Part shown: one piece after another, positions 29,084-43,400 of the stretch
How the letters are laid out: each line of letters begins with the position of its first letter
Position numbering within the stretch: position 1 is the stretch's first letter
Virus record (IMG/VR): IMGVR_UViG_3300017917_000894
Location: 1-64,000 of that record
Reading direction: 5' to 3' (one strand)
Length of the DNA: 64,000 bases
Origin: a virus
Translations under genes and position numbers: made by a program
Notes under the pieces: generated by a model
What the model was told of the DNA's origin: nothing
The model's database searches: none
The model's input: only the letters and a program-made list of their open reading frames with translations

Positions 29084-30751
29084 TCACCTTCCGTAACGTA
29101 AAATGTTAGTTCTAGGCCAAACTTGACCTGCTGTTTTTCTAGGCCCAAGATTTACTTTAGGTGCTGCTTGCCCTTCTAATGGGCGAGGATTATAAAAGGC
29201 CAAATACCTATTTTCACCATTAATTAAATCATTAGGGTCTCCAATACCTCCAGACGTAGTTGTTAACTGACCAAGTCTTGCCGAATTGATAATGAATTCT
29301 TTAGCTGTTGAATTTTTAATTGTAGGCCAATGCTCGGCTGCACAAGCTAATACACCTGCAACTTGAGGAGATGCCATACTAGTTCCACTAAACTTTGATA
29401 ATCGATATGTACCATTTCGAGAATCCGGAACTGTAGTGTAAACTGTGGAATTAACTGAGCTTATAATTCTTTCGCCTGGGGCATATAAGTCAACTCTACG
29501 TCCAGTTGAACTAAATGTAGATTTTCTTTCTGTTGATAACAAATTAACCGATCCGACAACAATAACATTAGGATTATTCCATGTACCCCTAGAATAATAA
29601 GTAAGAACTGAACCAAATCGTTCTATATAGTTGTTATAATCTCTCGAGATTGTGGTAGAGAACGAGTCTAACGGTAGTCCGTCGTTTCCCGCGGCAGCTA
29701 CAAATACAATACCTTCATTGATAGCATCTTGAATATCAGCATCAAGTGAAGCACTATAAATCGGTATTTGAACTGTGGTGCCGCTTACTAACAATCCACG
29801 AGAGGTTAATTCTGAATCTGAAAAAGGAGGATCATATTCAACTCCCCGAAATCTTAACTTTGTAATATCAGAGATATTAGCAGTAACCGATAGTCCGTAA
29901 CTATGATTAGTAATTGTAGGATTTTTTAATCCTGTTCGAGGATTAACAGGTTTATTTCTATGCCATACTCTAATATAATCAACCAATCTAGAAATAGGAA
30001 TTACGCTAGGAGAGGAACCATACGGACTAATATTGTAGATGTTAGCTTTTCTAGCCCATCCATGAGTGTTTCCGACAATAGTTCCTGCTACGTGACATCC
30101 GTGGTCGTTATCGGCTGTTCTATCAGATATACCGTCACCGTTATTATCAGGGTAGCTAGAATCAACATATGGTGTATATGTATAAGTTCCGTTTGCGCCG
30201 CCTGTGACCTGAGAATTTAAACTAAACCAATTAAATTGATTTACTCGACTGCCACCAGTTCCGTCTGCATTAGCCGCAAATTCAGGATGATTGGGATTTA
30301 TTAGTCCGTCGACTACCACAACATCAACATCTCGGCCGTCTGCGGTAGTGGTAATTGTTCCACTGACGTTTGTAGTGGAATCTGATCCCCAACCAGTCCT
30401 CTGTACTTGTTCAAAACAACGTAATAATCCCCAGTTTCTATGTGTTGAGGACACAGTATTTGATTTATTCCATAATGAACTAGTCTGTGTCCACACTGGA
30501 TTAACTGTTATACCTTGTTCTTCTAAATTTAATTCAACACTTAAAACCCTTGGATCTTTTTTAAGATTTTCAACTTCACCGTCGTATAGGTAATAATGTG
30601 TATTTCTACTTACTGGTCGACGATCAGCAACACCAACTGGCCTACGAGGAACAAACCGAACCGTAGAAGAATTTTCCATATCATGGTAAAAATTTTCTAA
30701 ATCCTTGTAGTCTTTTAAAGTAACAATGTATTCTCTTAGACCAGTAGTCAT
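29084..30751 (-). CDS. subtilisin-like S8 serine protease
   Basis: Triad VVVVDG / HGCHVAG / GTSMASP, oxyanion AAGND, N-terminal prodomain-like segment. Confidence 0.92.
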   Translation of the reverse strand: MTTGLREYIVTLKDYKDLENFYHDMENSSTVRFVPRRPVGVADRRPVSRNTHYYLYDGEVENLKKDPRVLSVELNLEEQGITVNPVWTQTSSLWNKSNTVSSTHRNWGLLRCFEQVQRTGWGSDSTTNVSGTITTTADGRDVDVVVVDGLINPNHPEFAANADGTGGSRVNQFNWFSLNSQVTGGANGTYTYTPYVDSSYPDNNGDGISDRTADNDHGCHVAGTIVGNTHGWARKANIYNISPYGSSPSVIPISRLVDYIRVWHRNKPVNPRTGLKNPTITNHSYGLSVTANISDITKLRFRGVEYDPPFSDSELTSRGLLVSGTTVQIPIYSASLDADIQDAINEGIVFVAAAGNDGLPLDSFSTTISRDYNNYIERFGSVLTYYSRGTWNNPNVIVVGSVNLLSTERKSTFSSTGRRVDLYAPGERIISSVNSTVYTTVPDSRNGTYRLSKFSGTSMASPQVAGVLACAAEHWPTIKNSTAKEFIINSARLGQLTTTSGGIGDPNDLINGENRYLAFYNPRPLEGQAAPKVNLGPRKTAGQVWPRTNILRYGR

Positions 30752-30752
30752 A

Positions 30753-31475
30753 TTATGATTCCAATTGTAAAAGTGTTAATGTTACGGTAACTGTAGATGC
30801 CGACCCTGACTTATTAGTTGCTGCTAGATAAATCGTAGTTGCAGGAATAGCGTCATTATTAAATCCTAATACTCCGGGAGTGATTAGTTGTGTAAGATTA
30901 CCGGCAGTTGTTATAACTTCAACAATAACTCCGGCGCCAGGTAATGGATCGTAGCCTTCATGCCTATTAGCAACATCGTTTGTTGCATTTGTACTATCTG
31001 AATAAATTCTTACCCATGATGGTACATTTGTTTGCACTTTCTGCAACAAGTAACTCTTAAATCCAGTAGCAGTAAAAGTTCCAGTTGTGTTTGATGATAG
31101 TATTATGCTACTACCAGTTGTAACGATTCTTGATCCTAACCCAACACCTCCGCCTCCACCAGAAACTGTACTCCATCCCGTATCATAATTTAAATTACTT
31201 AATTTTGTTAGTACTTGACCTGTACTTCCTCCGTCTGGAATTCCGACTCCGTTTGCGCCGCTAGGGCCAGTTGGGCCGCCGCCGCTAGGGCCCGTCGGTC
31301 CTACTGGGCCTGCAGGGCCGGTCGGTCCATAAAATACTTGTCCTCCTAGATCGTCAACAACACGATCTAAAAGATCATCATATCTCATTCTTCTAGTTGC
31401 CTTTTCATCAACCATTAAGAAACTAGTAGCAGTAGTTCCTGTTGTGATAAAAGGTAATTGCGTAATCTTCGGCAT
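30753..31475 (-). CDS. collagen-like (Gly-X-Y) fiber protein
   Basis: GPTGPAGPVGPTGPSG, GGSTGQVLTK. Confidence 0.75.
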   Translation of the reverse strand: MPKITQLPFITTGTTATSFLMVDEKATRRMRYDDLLDRVVDDLGGQVFYGPTGPAGPVGPTGPSGGGPTGPSGANGVGIPDGGSTGQVLTKLSNLNYDTGWSTVSGGGGGVGLGSRIVTTGSSIILSSNTTGTFTATGFKSYLLQKVQTNVPSWVRIYSDSTNATNDVANRHEGYDPLPGAGVIVEVITTAGNLTQLITPGVLGFNNDAIPATTIYLAATNKSGSASTVTVTLTLLQLES

Positions 31476-31476
31476 C

Positions 31477-34400
31477 TTAATATCCTTCTAATGGGTTGTC
31501 ATCATCATCAGTTAATTCAAAATTTGCATTATCTGTTAGAGCAGGAGTTCCACCATAATAATACTCGTCTGGTAATTCTGCTGTTTTGAATCTTATAAAT
31601 TCGGCTTGTATGCTATCAGCAACAAGCAAACTAGTCATTGTTCCTTGCCATACTGTTCCTGTAGTGTGGCCAATATCAACTCTAACTCCTGGTACAAAAT
31701 CAGCAATATTTAACTTGAGTTCATAGTTTCCAGTTGTAGAATTGTATTCAACTTCAAATTCTGGAGGTAAAGTAACAAGACTTGTAACAGTTGTATAATA
31801 AGAAACTGTCCTATCGTGTACCTCAATACTGTTCTTACGTAAGGGTCTTCCTCCATAGCGAACTGTGATCTGATCTTTATAGGCTGCGGAATTTTTAAGT
31901 TGTACTCCGTCACCCCAAGATGCATATATAGATCCTGTATTAAATTCAAAACTTGATGTACTAATTACAAAGGTGTAAGTATTGTAGGTATTTGTAACCG
32001 TAGTTAATACGTAGGTACCAGTAGTTGAACTAGTAACATGATATTGCTTAAACATTTTGTCAGCATAAGGAATCTGCTGCTGTAAACTTTGATCAACAAC
32101 CTTAGTGCCAATTTCTGAGAAAGTTGCAGGACCTGTACCGTACATACTTCTTCTTAGATTAGAAAGTTTATTATCTCTCTTTTCAAAGAATTCAACACGC
32201 TCGCTATCAATGTAAATCACTCCGGGCACATTTTGAGCAGGGTTAGGAGGTATTAATCGAGAAGAATCTTCAACTTCAATCTCAATATCGTCGACATTAA
32301 GTTCTTTTGTTAGTCTTGTTGAGTAGAATTCTGAAATTCTAGTGTAGTTATTTCTGTCAAATATATCTTTGAACATTCTATAACCTAAAACAATATTAGT
32401 GTTCTTAGGAGAATTAATAACAGTGATTAAAATTTCATCGCCCGGATCAGCCACTATTAGTTCACTCAATTGAACAGTCTTAAGATCTGGCAACAATTCA
32501 TATTGTGACCCAGCTGTAATCTGAGATCCATTAATATAAACCCATATGTAACTGGCGCTCAATGCAGGCAAACTTAAAACATACCTGCCACTAGCATTGC
32601 CATTAAATCGTTCCGATCTTAGCATTATACCAGAGTTATCTTTAAAGGTTGTTAGTTTAACAGACCCAGATGCTAGTTGACTAGGATTTGAGAATATTAC
32701 CTGATTACCCATTACAACATAATCGTAATCCAATAAACTTTCAATAGCAATAGTGTCGCCGTTAGCTAATAAACCGTATGCTAATACAATCTGACCGTTA
32801 TTACCGTCTACTGTATAATCAAAGCCAGATCGTAATTGCACGCCATTAGCGTAAACTTTAACATTATTAATATCATAAGTACCGGGAGGTTGCATCTCAG
32901 GACCGATATCATATGTTAATTGATTTCCGCCAATTTGATAATATGTTACATCAGGTGGATACAGTCGATACCTACCTTGTCCAAATGATGGTTCGTGTTC
33001 GACCAATATCTGAGAACTTATTGGTTCTAGAGTCGACACCATATTTGTAATTGTTAATAATGATGTTGCAGTGTCGATGGCAAATATCTCAGTCCACATT
33101 CCATTAAATTCAGGATAGTTAATACCAAAGAACCAAGCCTGAGCATTTACGCTACCTGTAGACATGTTATAAATCTTTACACTGGCTCTATTGTTATTAT
33201 CGCCATATGGTTCAAGCATATAACCGTAATCTGTTGTAGTGTTAATCGAATCGATCTGAACACCATTAACAGTTACGTATGCACTCTTAACATCTTCAAT
33301 ACTAGACAAACTAGGAATTGCAACACTAGACTCACCAACAACAGAAGCAATATTACTATCTAGATAGTAAGAACCTCCCATCGTAATCATTGTATATCCA
33401 GCTCTTCCGTCCGATAACTGAGGTGCTATATACAATTTGTCTTCATATACAAAGAATTGATTAGTTGCTGTAAAGTTAAATGGATCTTTGTTAGGATCAA
33501 ATCTTCCTTGACCGGCATATCTCCAATCTCCGCCGTCTGACGTACTATAAAATACATGACTGGTATTATTCTGAATAGAAGTCCACGAAACTTCAACATT
33601 TTCTGCACCGTTCGGAGAAGCAATGCCTGTAATAAATCCTGGCTCATTAGTTAGTGTAGCAACTTCTCTCCATGTATTTTCAAAAATCATTTCAACATAC
33701 TGGTTAGTACCATCAGAGTATAAACCAACTTCATATTGATATGTTGGCAACTCGGGACTATTATTTCTGTATTGATAATGACTACCTTGGAATCTTAATC
33801 TCCAATAATTAAAATTACCAACTGTACCAGAATCAAACCATAACCCAGGGGCCTGACCATTCTCAAGGGGTTGATCAAAAATTCCGATAGCCTGCCATAA
33901 ATCGCAATACATAACCATGATTGACGGATTTTCAAGGGCATTTATGTTTAAAGGAGTATACTCATTATCTCCGCCGCCGAATGTTAGATAGCCGTTTGTA
34001 CCAACATAAACCTCATTATAGACAGTACCAAACATATTCCAACCAAATCCTAACGAATAAGGTCCAGTAAACGTATCATCACCGGCCGCGGATGCAATAG
34101 GAGAACCTGTTACTCCAATAGGTACCGCAGCTTCGGGACTATAATAAGGGCCAACAGTTTCGGGGTCGGGTGTTTCAGTTAATCGATCAAATATTGCACC
34201 TTTGTATTCCACAGTTATACCGACTGCTTCATTGATCTTTTGAGATAATTTAGATACCGATGTAACACCTTGATATACCGGAACAGTTCCAGAAACGACT
34301 AACGGAGAGCTAAAGTTATCTTGTGTGTAAACACTTATGCCTACAGAATCTAATACATTACCTTTTACATGTTCTTCAGGAGCATGTCCGTGTTCAACAC

Positions 34401-37400
34401 TTATAAATCCTGCACCGTCCCTAACAAGATCAACTGGACTTACTCCAAGTGCTCCGACAAAATTACCGGCACTATCCCATGAACCGGCCGACAATTCAGT
34501 ATCAACTCCGTTTACATTAAAATTGTCTTTCCAGAATTCAATCTTAGGATATCCGTGAACTACAACATCAAGAATATTAGTAGTTCCTTGAAGGAAAATA
34601 GTAACTCCTAAGTTTCCAGTTGCAGTGGCGCTTGTTAGATAGTATTCTGCTAATACTGGATAATTCGGTAAAGAATTTGTGTCGCCGTTTAAATAGACCG
34701 AAGCAGTAGAAGCCGCATTATATGGAATTCCGGTGTCGTAAAATACCGTAGAAGTATTAGATACTGTATCTATGTTTCTATAAATTTCATAGACTGTCCA
34801 GGTGTTAATTTCTTGTAAGACACTTGGAATATAAACAGAAGCAGTTGTAGATAATGTACGAGCCGATGTAGTAGACAGCACAGAAGTAGCGTGTGACCCT
34901 GTTCCTACAGCGGTGAATCTATCATTACCGACTCCTGTGACAACATATCTGCCGTTAAATCCAGTTAATGTTGCATTATTAACTCCGCTAATATCAGCAA
35001 TGTCACCAACTTTAATATCTCCACCAAAGTATTCTGTTGTATAGAAAACAACAGTTCCTGTGGTAGTTAATGTATCCGCCCAGATACGTTTAATTCTAAA
35101 ACGATAATCTGTTAAATTGATAGATTTAGTTGCTGTGTTAACACTTGCAACACTCATATTTTTCTTAATATAATTTGTTGCTGTATTTGTAAGTGTAATT
35201 TTTTGTCCAACAGAAATTCCAGTTAAGGTACTTAAGAACAATGTCGATGTACCATATGGAGCAGTCTTAATAAGATAAGAACTGGCATAATAATCTGTTA
35301 AATCAGACCACGCTGAGTTAACATCATATATTCCTTGTCCCCACGGAGGACTATAATCAAAGGTCAATCCTTGAATTACAGAACTACTATACTCTGCACC
35401 CGACATTAACAATGGCAATTCTTTGCCAGGCATTTCTTCTGTTGGATTATAAAAGTTGTCAATTCTATCTACAGCATTATATAACTCAATATTTTTCTTG
35501 TATGTTACTTGTAGTGTTTGACCAAGTCCGGGAAGATAATTTAAAAACTTAAATCTACAGTATTTTTTAGTAGAACCATTATCTCTTACACGATAATATT
35601 CTATTGTGTAGTCGGCTCCTAACACCAGTTTTTTGTCAAGCAAAGGAACAATAGTTGATTTGTCCGGATCGGCTAACCATTTAAGTTCAAAAGATGATAC
35701 TTCACCAGGACAGGTAAATGTCTCGGTAATTACAGATTCACCAATTTCGTTGTTTAATCCTATTCTATCAAATTTTAATTTAATATTATTTTTTCTTACA
35801 GGATTATTACCTATTACGACTGACATGGTTGCTGATACAACATTTGAGCCGCCGTTAATCAAAGAAATAATCGGAGGAGTAACATATCCAGACCCCGGAT
35901 TAGTAACTACTATATTATAAATTTCTCCATTTCGTAGATATGCTTCGGCAGCAGCGCCGGAACCTGTATCACCAGTTGCAGTTGTAAAGACTACTATCGG
36001 TCTTTGAGTATACCCCGAACCGCCGTTGGCAATTAATACATCAGTAACTTCATACTTGTAATTGTCGTACCAATCTTTTCTAGGATATTCGTTTAGTAAA
36101 GAATTGCCTAAAGAAACTGTTTCAAAATTACCAGTTAAAGGATTGTAGTAGGAAGGAAGATCAAAGTCGGTTGTATGTATACCGGTATTTTCTAAATAGG
36201 TATATTCAGAAACATAATTTCTAACCTTTGTTCTATAAGGCTTTACTTCGTTAATATATTCTTCGAAATATTTTTCGTTGTCCAGCTTATAAACTGATCT
36301 CTGGTCCAATTCTCCAATAGTATTGGTTACAGAAATAAAAGAAGTTTTAAATGCCCAATCTAATAACTTCTGTTCAGTTAACGCATATTTTAATGCCTTG
36401 AAGAAGAATAGATTCCAATATACCTTTAGATTTTTTATAAAGATATCATCTTTAAGTGCGGTTAAAATAAAATTAAGTTCTAGATCAGGTAGCTGATCAT
36501 ACAATGTTTCTTCTAGGGTACCGACATCATAAGAATAATCACTCTGGGTATAATCCCATATTGTATCTAAAATTTGAATTGTTCCGCGTTCACTATAGAT
36601 TATGTCATACGAGGTAGAATAATCTCCAACTTGGTCATCGGCAACTCTTTCTAAAATTATATATCGGCCGTCGCCATAATTTTTGATCTTTACATAATCG
36701 CCGGGATCAATTTCTGTTATTCTGCTAAGTTCGTAGGTGTTATCTACTACATACCTATAGTCTTTATAACCATCATAGGTATCTTTAATCCAATCTACAT
36801 ATTTCCAGAATAACGGTGTGTTGTAAGACTGGGTGCGTGTTCTGATCCAATATCTATTTCTATATTCAAAATCGTGTTTAGTCCAGCGCCCGCCGTAATT
36901 CGAATCAGCACTTACAACGACACTATGAGATCTTACTTCTAAAGTAATGTCTACATAATTTTGACCGTTATCTTCAATTGTTGCACCTACTACTCTGCCG
37001 ACAGCATCTATCTCAGTCTTGATAACTGCCCCGTTCCCGGTATTTGATGCAATTTTTACAGTAGGAGCAACAGAATACCCGAAACCAGGATTTGTAATTT
37101 CAACTGAAACTATTTTTCCGTTATACAAATCACAGACTAATTGGGCTCTTTCAAATTTAGTTGTGTCTATTAATTCTAATTCAGAAATATCGTCAATTAA
37201 TAAATCGTACTCTTGATCAGTAATATCCGGAATTTGTTCAAAAGATAATAAATTCTCAAAGCTAAAATTACCGGTAATTTTTTCATCGATTAACACAGAA
37301 TTTGTGTAATCAATAAGATTGCGAAGAGCCTGCAATCTATCTTTAAACAAAGTCTGTTGAGGACGAATACCAATTCCGTATTTGCTTCTAAACGACAAAT

Positions 37401-40400
37401 CGGGGTCAGGAACTAACTTTCCTTGTTCGTCGTGACCTAATAAACTGTCGAACAATTTTTTGTTCAATAGAGGCGTAGGAATACTATTCGGATCGCCTTC
37501 TCGAATTAAAATCCACTCTGTATGTCTCGGAACTGAATTGTTGGTACTGTCTACAGCAATGTTTGCATGTATATAAGAACCTACTAGGCTAGTATTAATA
37601 TTAGCAAATGCTACACTGTCTTTAGCCAAGACCATAACATGCTTGATGCCGTTGGCAACAGGATCAGCAATTAAACTTGCAACTTGATAAGAACTTATTC
37701 TTCTATTTTTTACATCAGGAACAGTAACTTTATTCTTTACCCAGAAATAATAAACATTGTTAAAAGAATTTGTAAGAGAATTCCAAACTTGTTTAACTGA
37801 CAGAATAGAATTATCAGGGTATTTAGGTTGTCCAGAGATTCCCCTTACAAGGCCTTCGTTTGTGTCTGCCTGAGCAGCCCATTCGCTAGGTAATAGATCT
37901 GACTTTACCCATTCATATACATCAATCGATGCACCAGGGAATAATCGTCCCCAATTGTTCTTTTTATAAATTTCAGAACCTTGTTCATACCACATGTATT
38001 TTGCGGTACTTACATCCCACCACAGTTCGCCTACATGTTCGTCGATCCAATTAGTTTGATCATCGTTTACTGTACCTACTGTACCAATTGTATAAACTGC
38101 AGGATCGGCCGCAGTTTTATATTTTATTTCTTGCTCTGCAATACCTGCAACTTTTCCTTTTATAGGATCAATTGCATCTAAATACTCAATAATTGTTTCA
38201 TTCTTAGAATCAATTAAAGCCACACGATTTATAGTATTAACATCAACAAGATCTTCTTGATAAGCTAATAAATTCCAACTGGTCTTATTCTGATCAATCT
38301 TAGTATATTGGAAGAAAGTTGACTTATCTTCTCCGGTGCCTTCTGCATACCAAGGAGCCCCAACAAAAATACTTCTATTAGTTGTAGCTAAAGAATACCC
38401 ATATCTGCTACCGTCGACTATATTATTATTCTTAAGCTCGTCGGCTATGACAAAATAATCGCCAAAGTTATTGTAAAGGTAAACAGACCCTGCATCTGAA
38501 ATAGGACTAAAGAATCGTGTAGTGTCGCTGTCAAATGTTGTTTCACCATCTCTGGTATTAATATCGAATTGACTTTGCTTAGATCTATTAACACCAATGG
38601 AAGAAACAACCAACGATAGTTCATCTTTACTAATAGAGATAGATTGACCAAATTTTAAATCGTTGGTAGTTTCTGGATTTTCAATAATCTGCCTTAATAC
38701 ATAGGTACCAGTGCTGGTAAGATTTGTTGCTGTATAAATTGCAATCTTACCATATACCTGTCCTGCTTCTCTAGTTTCTTTAGAGGAAATTATTAAGAAT
38801 TTCCCAGAAGGACTAACTTCAATATCATGTCCGAACACATCAGTAGTGCCGAACGGAGAATATAATGTCTGCTTCCAAGAAAGGTTTGCATTATAAATTT
38901 GAACAACACCAGTTGCAGTTGTTCCTTCTACATGGCCCGGCGCAGAAACAGCGATAAAATTACCATTAGTACTTCCCGAAATCTTTTCACCGAACTGAGA
39001 TTTTGAATCTAATATAACATTAGAATTTAAAACAATCCCCTGAGAATGTTGTGTAACTAAAACACTGCCGGTAGTGGTTGTATTAATGTAATAGCAGAAT
39101 ACATGACCAGTAGATGTATTAACAACACCGTCACCGGGCGCTCCAACTAAGAAAGTTGTACTATTCTGTGCAGAAACTTGATTAGTATACAACGAGTGGC
39201 CGTATCTTAAATTAGCCGCTTTTTCAGTTGTGTCAGAATATGTTCCAGGCGCAAGTAAAACTAATTTTGTTTCTTCGAAATCAATTAATTGTTTTCTAGA
39301 ACTAATTTTTATAAGACCTTGATTATCAAATGACTTGAATGTGCCTGTTCCTGTACTAACAACAATTGTCGCTGTAGTAGAGGTAGAAGAACGAACCTTA
39401 CTAGCTGCCGGTGCTCCTGCTAAAAATAATTCTTTATTAATATCGTAGCCCAACGAATAACCAAAGTCTGTAGCGGTATTATTTTCACAATAAATTTTAC
39501 CGTCAGAATTTAAAATGTATTCAAACTGTTTACTAACCTCATCTTCAAATCTTTCAAATACAGCAATTCGACCTTCACTATCATAGATAGGCAAACTCCA
39601 AGATGGGGATGAAATTAAAACAATTGGACTGTCTTCATTAGCGTAGATTGTATGCCCCAATTGTTGAGCTGAAGGTATAGCCGGAGAATTTACTGTCAAT
39701 GCTACTTTATAATTGTCTACCTTTTCGTATACAGCCCATTTTTCCGGAGCTTGGTCGATCCAGATTTTATCTCCTTGCCCCAACCTAAATAGATTTTTTA
39801 CGTTCGAAATTTGTTCAAAGTCACTAAATCTAGCTGTTTCGAATTTAAAGAGAGCACCAAATGCCAACAGTTCTTCGTTTACAATAGTCGATAATTCAGA
39901 TGCAACAGTAAACTGATTGAGCTCAGGTACCCCGGTAACTCGATATACTCCATTAACTTGATTGTTGAAGGCTACAACAGAAACAATATCTCCAACTAAT
40001 AATCCATGGTGGAAGTCGGTAACAAAAGTAATTTCTTCAGCAGGGGCACTAACAAACACTCCCGAAATTTTAGCCTTTTGTCTTGTATATCTGTAGACAT
40101 CCCAATCACCGTTTTCTAAGAAACCTAACCAAATAGTGTCTCTATCTTTTACAGCAGAGTTATTAGCAATGTCTAATAGACTATCTTTATTATATGCCGT
40201 AGCAACAACATGATCAGGATTTACATAACCGGCGGAAAGTAATTTTATATTGTTATCAATAAATGTCGAATCTGAATAGACTGAGAAAATCTGAGATGCA
40301 TCAAAATCGTTAGGTTTAATTAACAATCCTGTAGAAGATGTGTAATTAATTAACGGATTTTTATCAGTTGGGTCAGTATTAACAAACTTAACAATATAAG

Positions 40401-43400
40401 GATTTTCTCTCTCGGTACTTTCTTCTAAAGCAAATTCATATTCTTTATAAGTTTCAAAACCGCCAAAATTACCTGCACGTATTGCCCATTCTTCTTTGTA
40501 GTCAATGATGCCTTGTCTTGTAAATGTTCCTGCCTTACTAATTTTATCTATTGCATTACGTGTTCCTTTTTCTCTAATAAACCCTTGATAAAATTTATAT
40601 TGAGTGATAGGATTTGTAAAGATATTAGATAGATAAGGACGTTGAGTATATCCCACTAGGCGTTGACTCAACTGTTGTTGTACGCTGTCAAAATTATCGA
40701 TATCTAAACTATAAAAATCTTCAAACTGATTAATCTTATAATCAAAGTTAGGTAACAGATCGGGAACGGGTTTTTCGTATAGTTTTGCCCATTTATTAAA
40801 ATCAAACGATTCGACTGGATCAACATTAATTACGGCCTCATAATATGATCCATTATATCTAACTACAGAGCCAACTTGATAATATGTGTATTCCTGCCAT
40901 TCGGCAATTTGAACATTATCGAAAATAAAACCAGGACTTGAATAATCTCCGTTCCAGTTAGCAGTCTTAAATCCAGAAAGTTTTACCCGACGCTGACGAT
41001 ATCCTGATTCAATATCGTATATTGTATCATTAAAAATAGTAGTATTATTGAACACCATCCCGTGTTCTTTTTGTACTAAGTGTAATACTGCAAAGAAAAT
41101 TCCATCCTGTGTATCAACTGTTGAAATTGTACAAACACCATCTTCTCTGCTTAATGTAAATTTTTCTCTCGGAAATGCTCTACCATCAGCACCTAGTAGA
41201 CTGTATTCATAATTTTTTCCCGTGATGTTATCTACAACAGAATTTGAAAACTTAAACTGTAGGCTATTAGCAAAAGGACTAAGAGTAATTAAATTACCTT
41301 CGGACCAGTTTTGTGTAGTCCAATATAAAAATTCTTTTCCTGTGTACGTCCAGTCTAATACTTCTAAAAGATCAGTGTTGTATTCTTCAAATATAAATCC
41401 GTCTTGTTCTAAGAAACGACCGTACCCTAGTACAAAATCAAATACAGCCTGATGGTTATCAAACTCTGTTCCATAAGGAATAATTGTGATTTTATTTTCG
41501 TAGCCTGTTGGCAGTTCTGCCGAGACTCCACCAACGATAGGAAGACCGCTAAGACGCTGGAATAGGTTAGGGTCAAAGTCAGCACTAGCTGTATGACCAG
41601 TTTTTACTCTGTAAAATTGATCGTTGTATCTTACAATCTGTCCCTGTTTATAATACTTGGTAGTATTTGTTTGAGCGCTGGTTAGATCGGCTGCGGTCAA
41701 ACCGTTATTGCCGTAGGGAACAACTTCGATGTAATCGACAAATGGTGCCGAAACTCCACCAACGGTAATCGATTGGCTATTATTAGTTTTAATTGGTTTA
41801 TAAATTTGAAAATAAGGATTTGTTTTATCATATCCTCGTACAACAAATTTTCCGTTAACCAGTTGAACAATTATTCCAGATATGCGAGCAGCCTTAATAG
41901 GATTGCTGACATTTAGGATTAGAGAATAATCTTCTGGAGGTAACAATGCCCCTTTGCCAGTTGATACAGGATCAATACTATCAATAATTACCTGAAGTTT
42001 TTCTTTACTAGAGAATCCCCCTAGCTTATAGAAAAGATTGAAGTCGCAATAAGTTAAATCTCGAGTCAATATTTGAATATAATTCAAATCGACTTGATTT
42101 CCCTTTTCAATAATTAAATTTCCAAATCCTGCTGCTTGATTGTTATCATTATCTAAAATTAATTTACTCGGAGCAATGTATAATTCGTTACTATACAACA
42201 ATTGATCAGAATTGTTAAATGATAGTCTACTTACGTCAAACATTACCGATGTATAAGTAGAAGGATTAAAAAGTGCAGCAAGGATGCTGAGAGCAAAAGG
42301 ATAACTGCTACTTCTTCTCCATGCAAATTCTGCCGGACCGTAGTCGCCGAACTTCCAAGGACCTTTCTTAGATTGATAAGAAGAATCAGAAACTAGGAAA
42401 GTATCTGGTGATTTTAAATTACCTGCAGAATCAACAGGAATAATTGATATTAATCCAGAACGTTTAAAATCATTTCTATATTCACCCGTTCCTCGAACAA
42501 ATCCGTTTTCTAAATCGTTCCACAACACTGTATTATTAGAAGTGTAGGGAGCAGAACCGTAAGTTGATTGCCACCATGACGGTTCGCTTGTAAAACCTAA
42601 CATCTCCCACGGATGTGTATTAGGTCTAACAGTGTCGTAGAAATATTCAAAAATTCCTTTCCAATTTCCAGGAATACTTTCACCAAAGATAGTGTCTAGT
42701 GCCTGATTATAATTGTATGTTAGCGGACTACCATCAATAAATGTTGAATTAGTTTCAAAGTCAACATTATAACTTCCTGCCCAGCGGATAAAATCTTTTG
42801 TAAGGATATCAATAGCATCTTGCCTGCTGAACTTATCATTTCTAAAAGCGCCAGGTATTACTGCTAATACATCAAAAATTTTAGAATTGTATTCGACCTT
42901 AATATTATTAAAAATTCTTTTTTCAAATTCAAGTATTAAAACATCTCTATAATCATCAAATGCTTTAATAACGCTGCCGTCATGACACCTAATTAATTTT
43001 ATCGGAGAGTCTTGATACGATTCATCAAAATAAATTTCAGGTTCAAACTTAGGATACAAGCCTAGCTTGCTAGGTGTATAAGGAACGTATGAGCCTTGAG
43101 TATTTGAATAGGTATAAATTTTAACAATGTCAGTAGATGTTAGCGCAGAGCTAATTGTAATTGATTCATCAATCGAATCAATTGTATAATCTCTTCCAAT
43201 TATTAATTGATCGTCGTTAACATAAACTGTAACTGCCTGAAAACTTAATGCAGAAGGATTATATTCTATTCCTAATGAATAAGTTCTGTTAATTAATGGT
43301 CCTACAGTATATTCTTTAACAGTTCTATCAGAACCATAGGGAATCATATCAGACCTAAAATAAGGAGACCTATTATCTTTATTTTTGTTTATTAATTTTA

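Noticed and set aside
31240-31330. GC-rich direct repeats
   Set aside because: Explained by Gly-Pro-X collagen codons.
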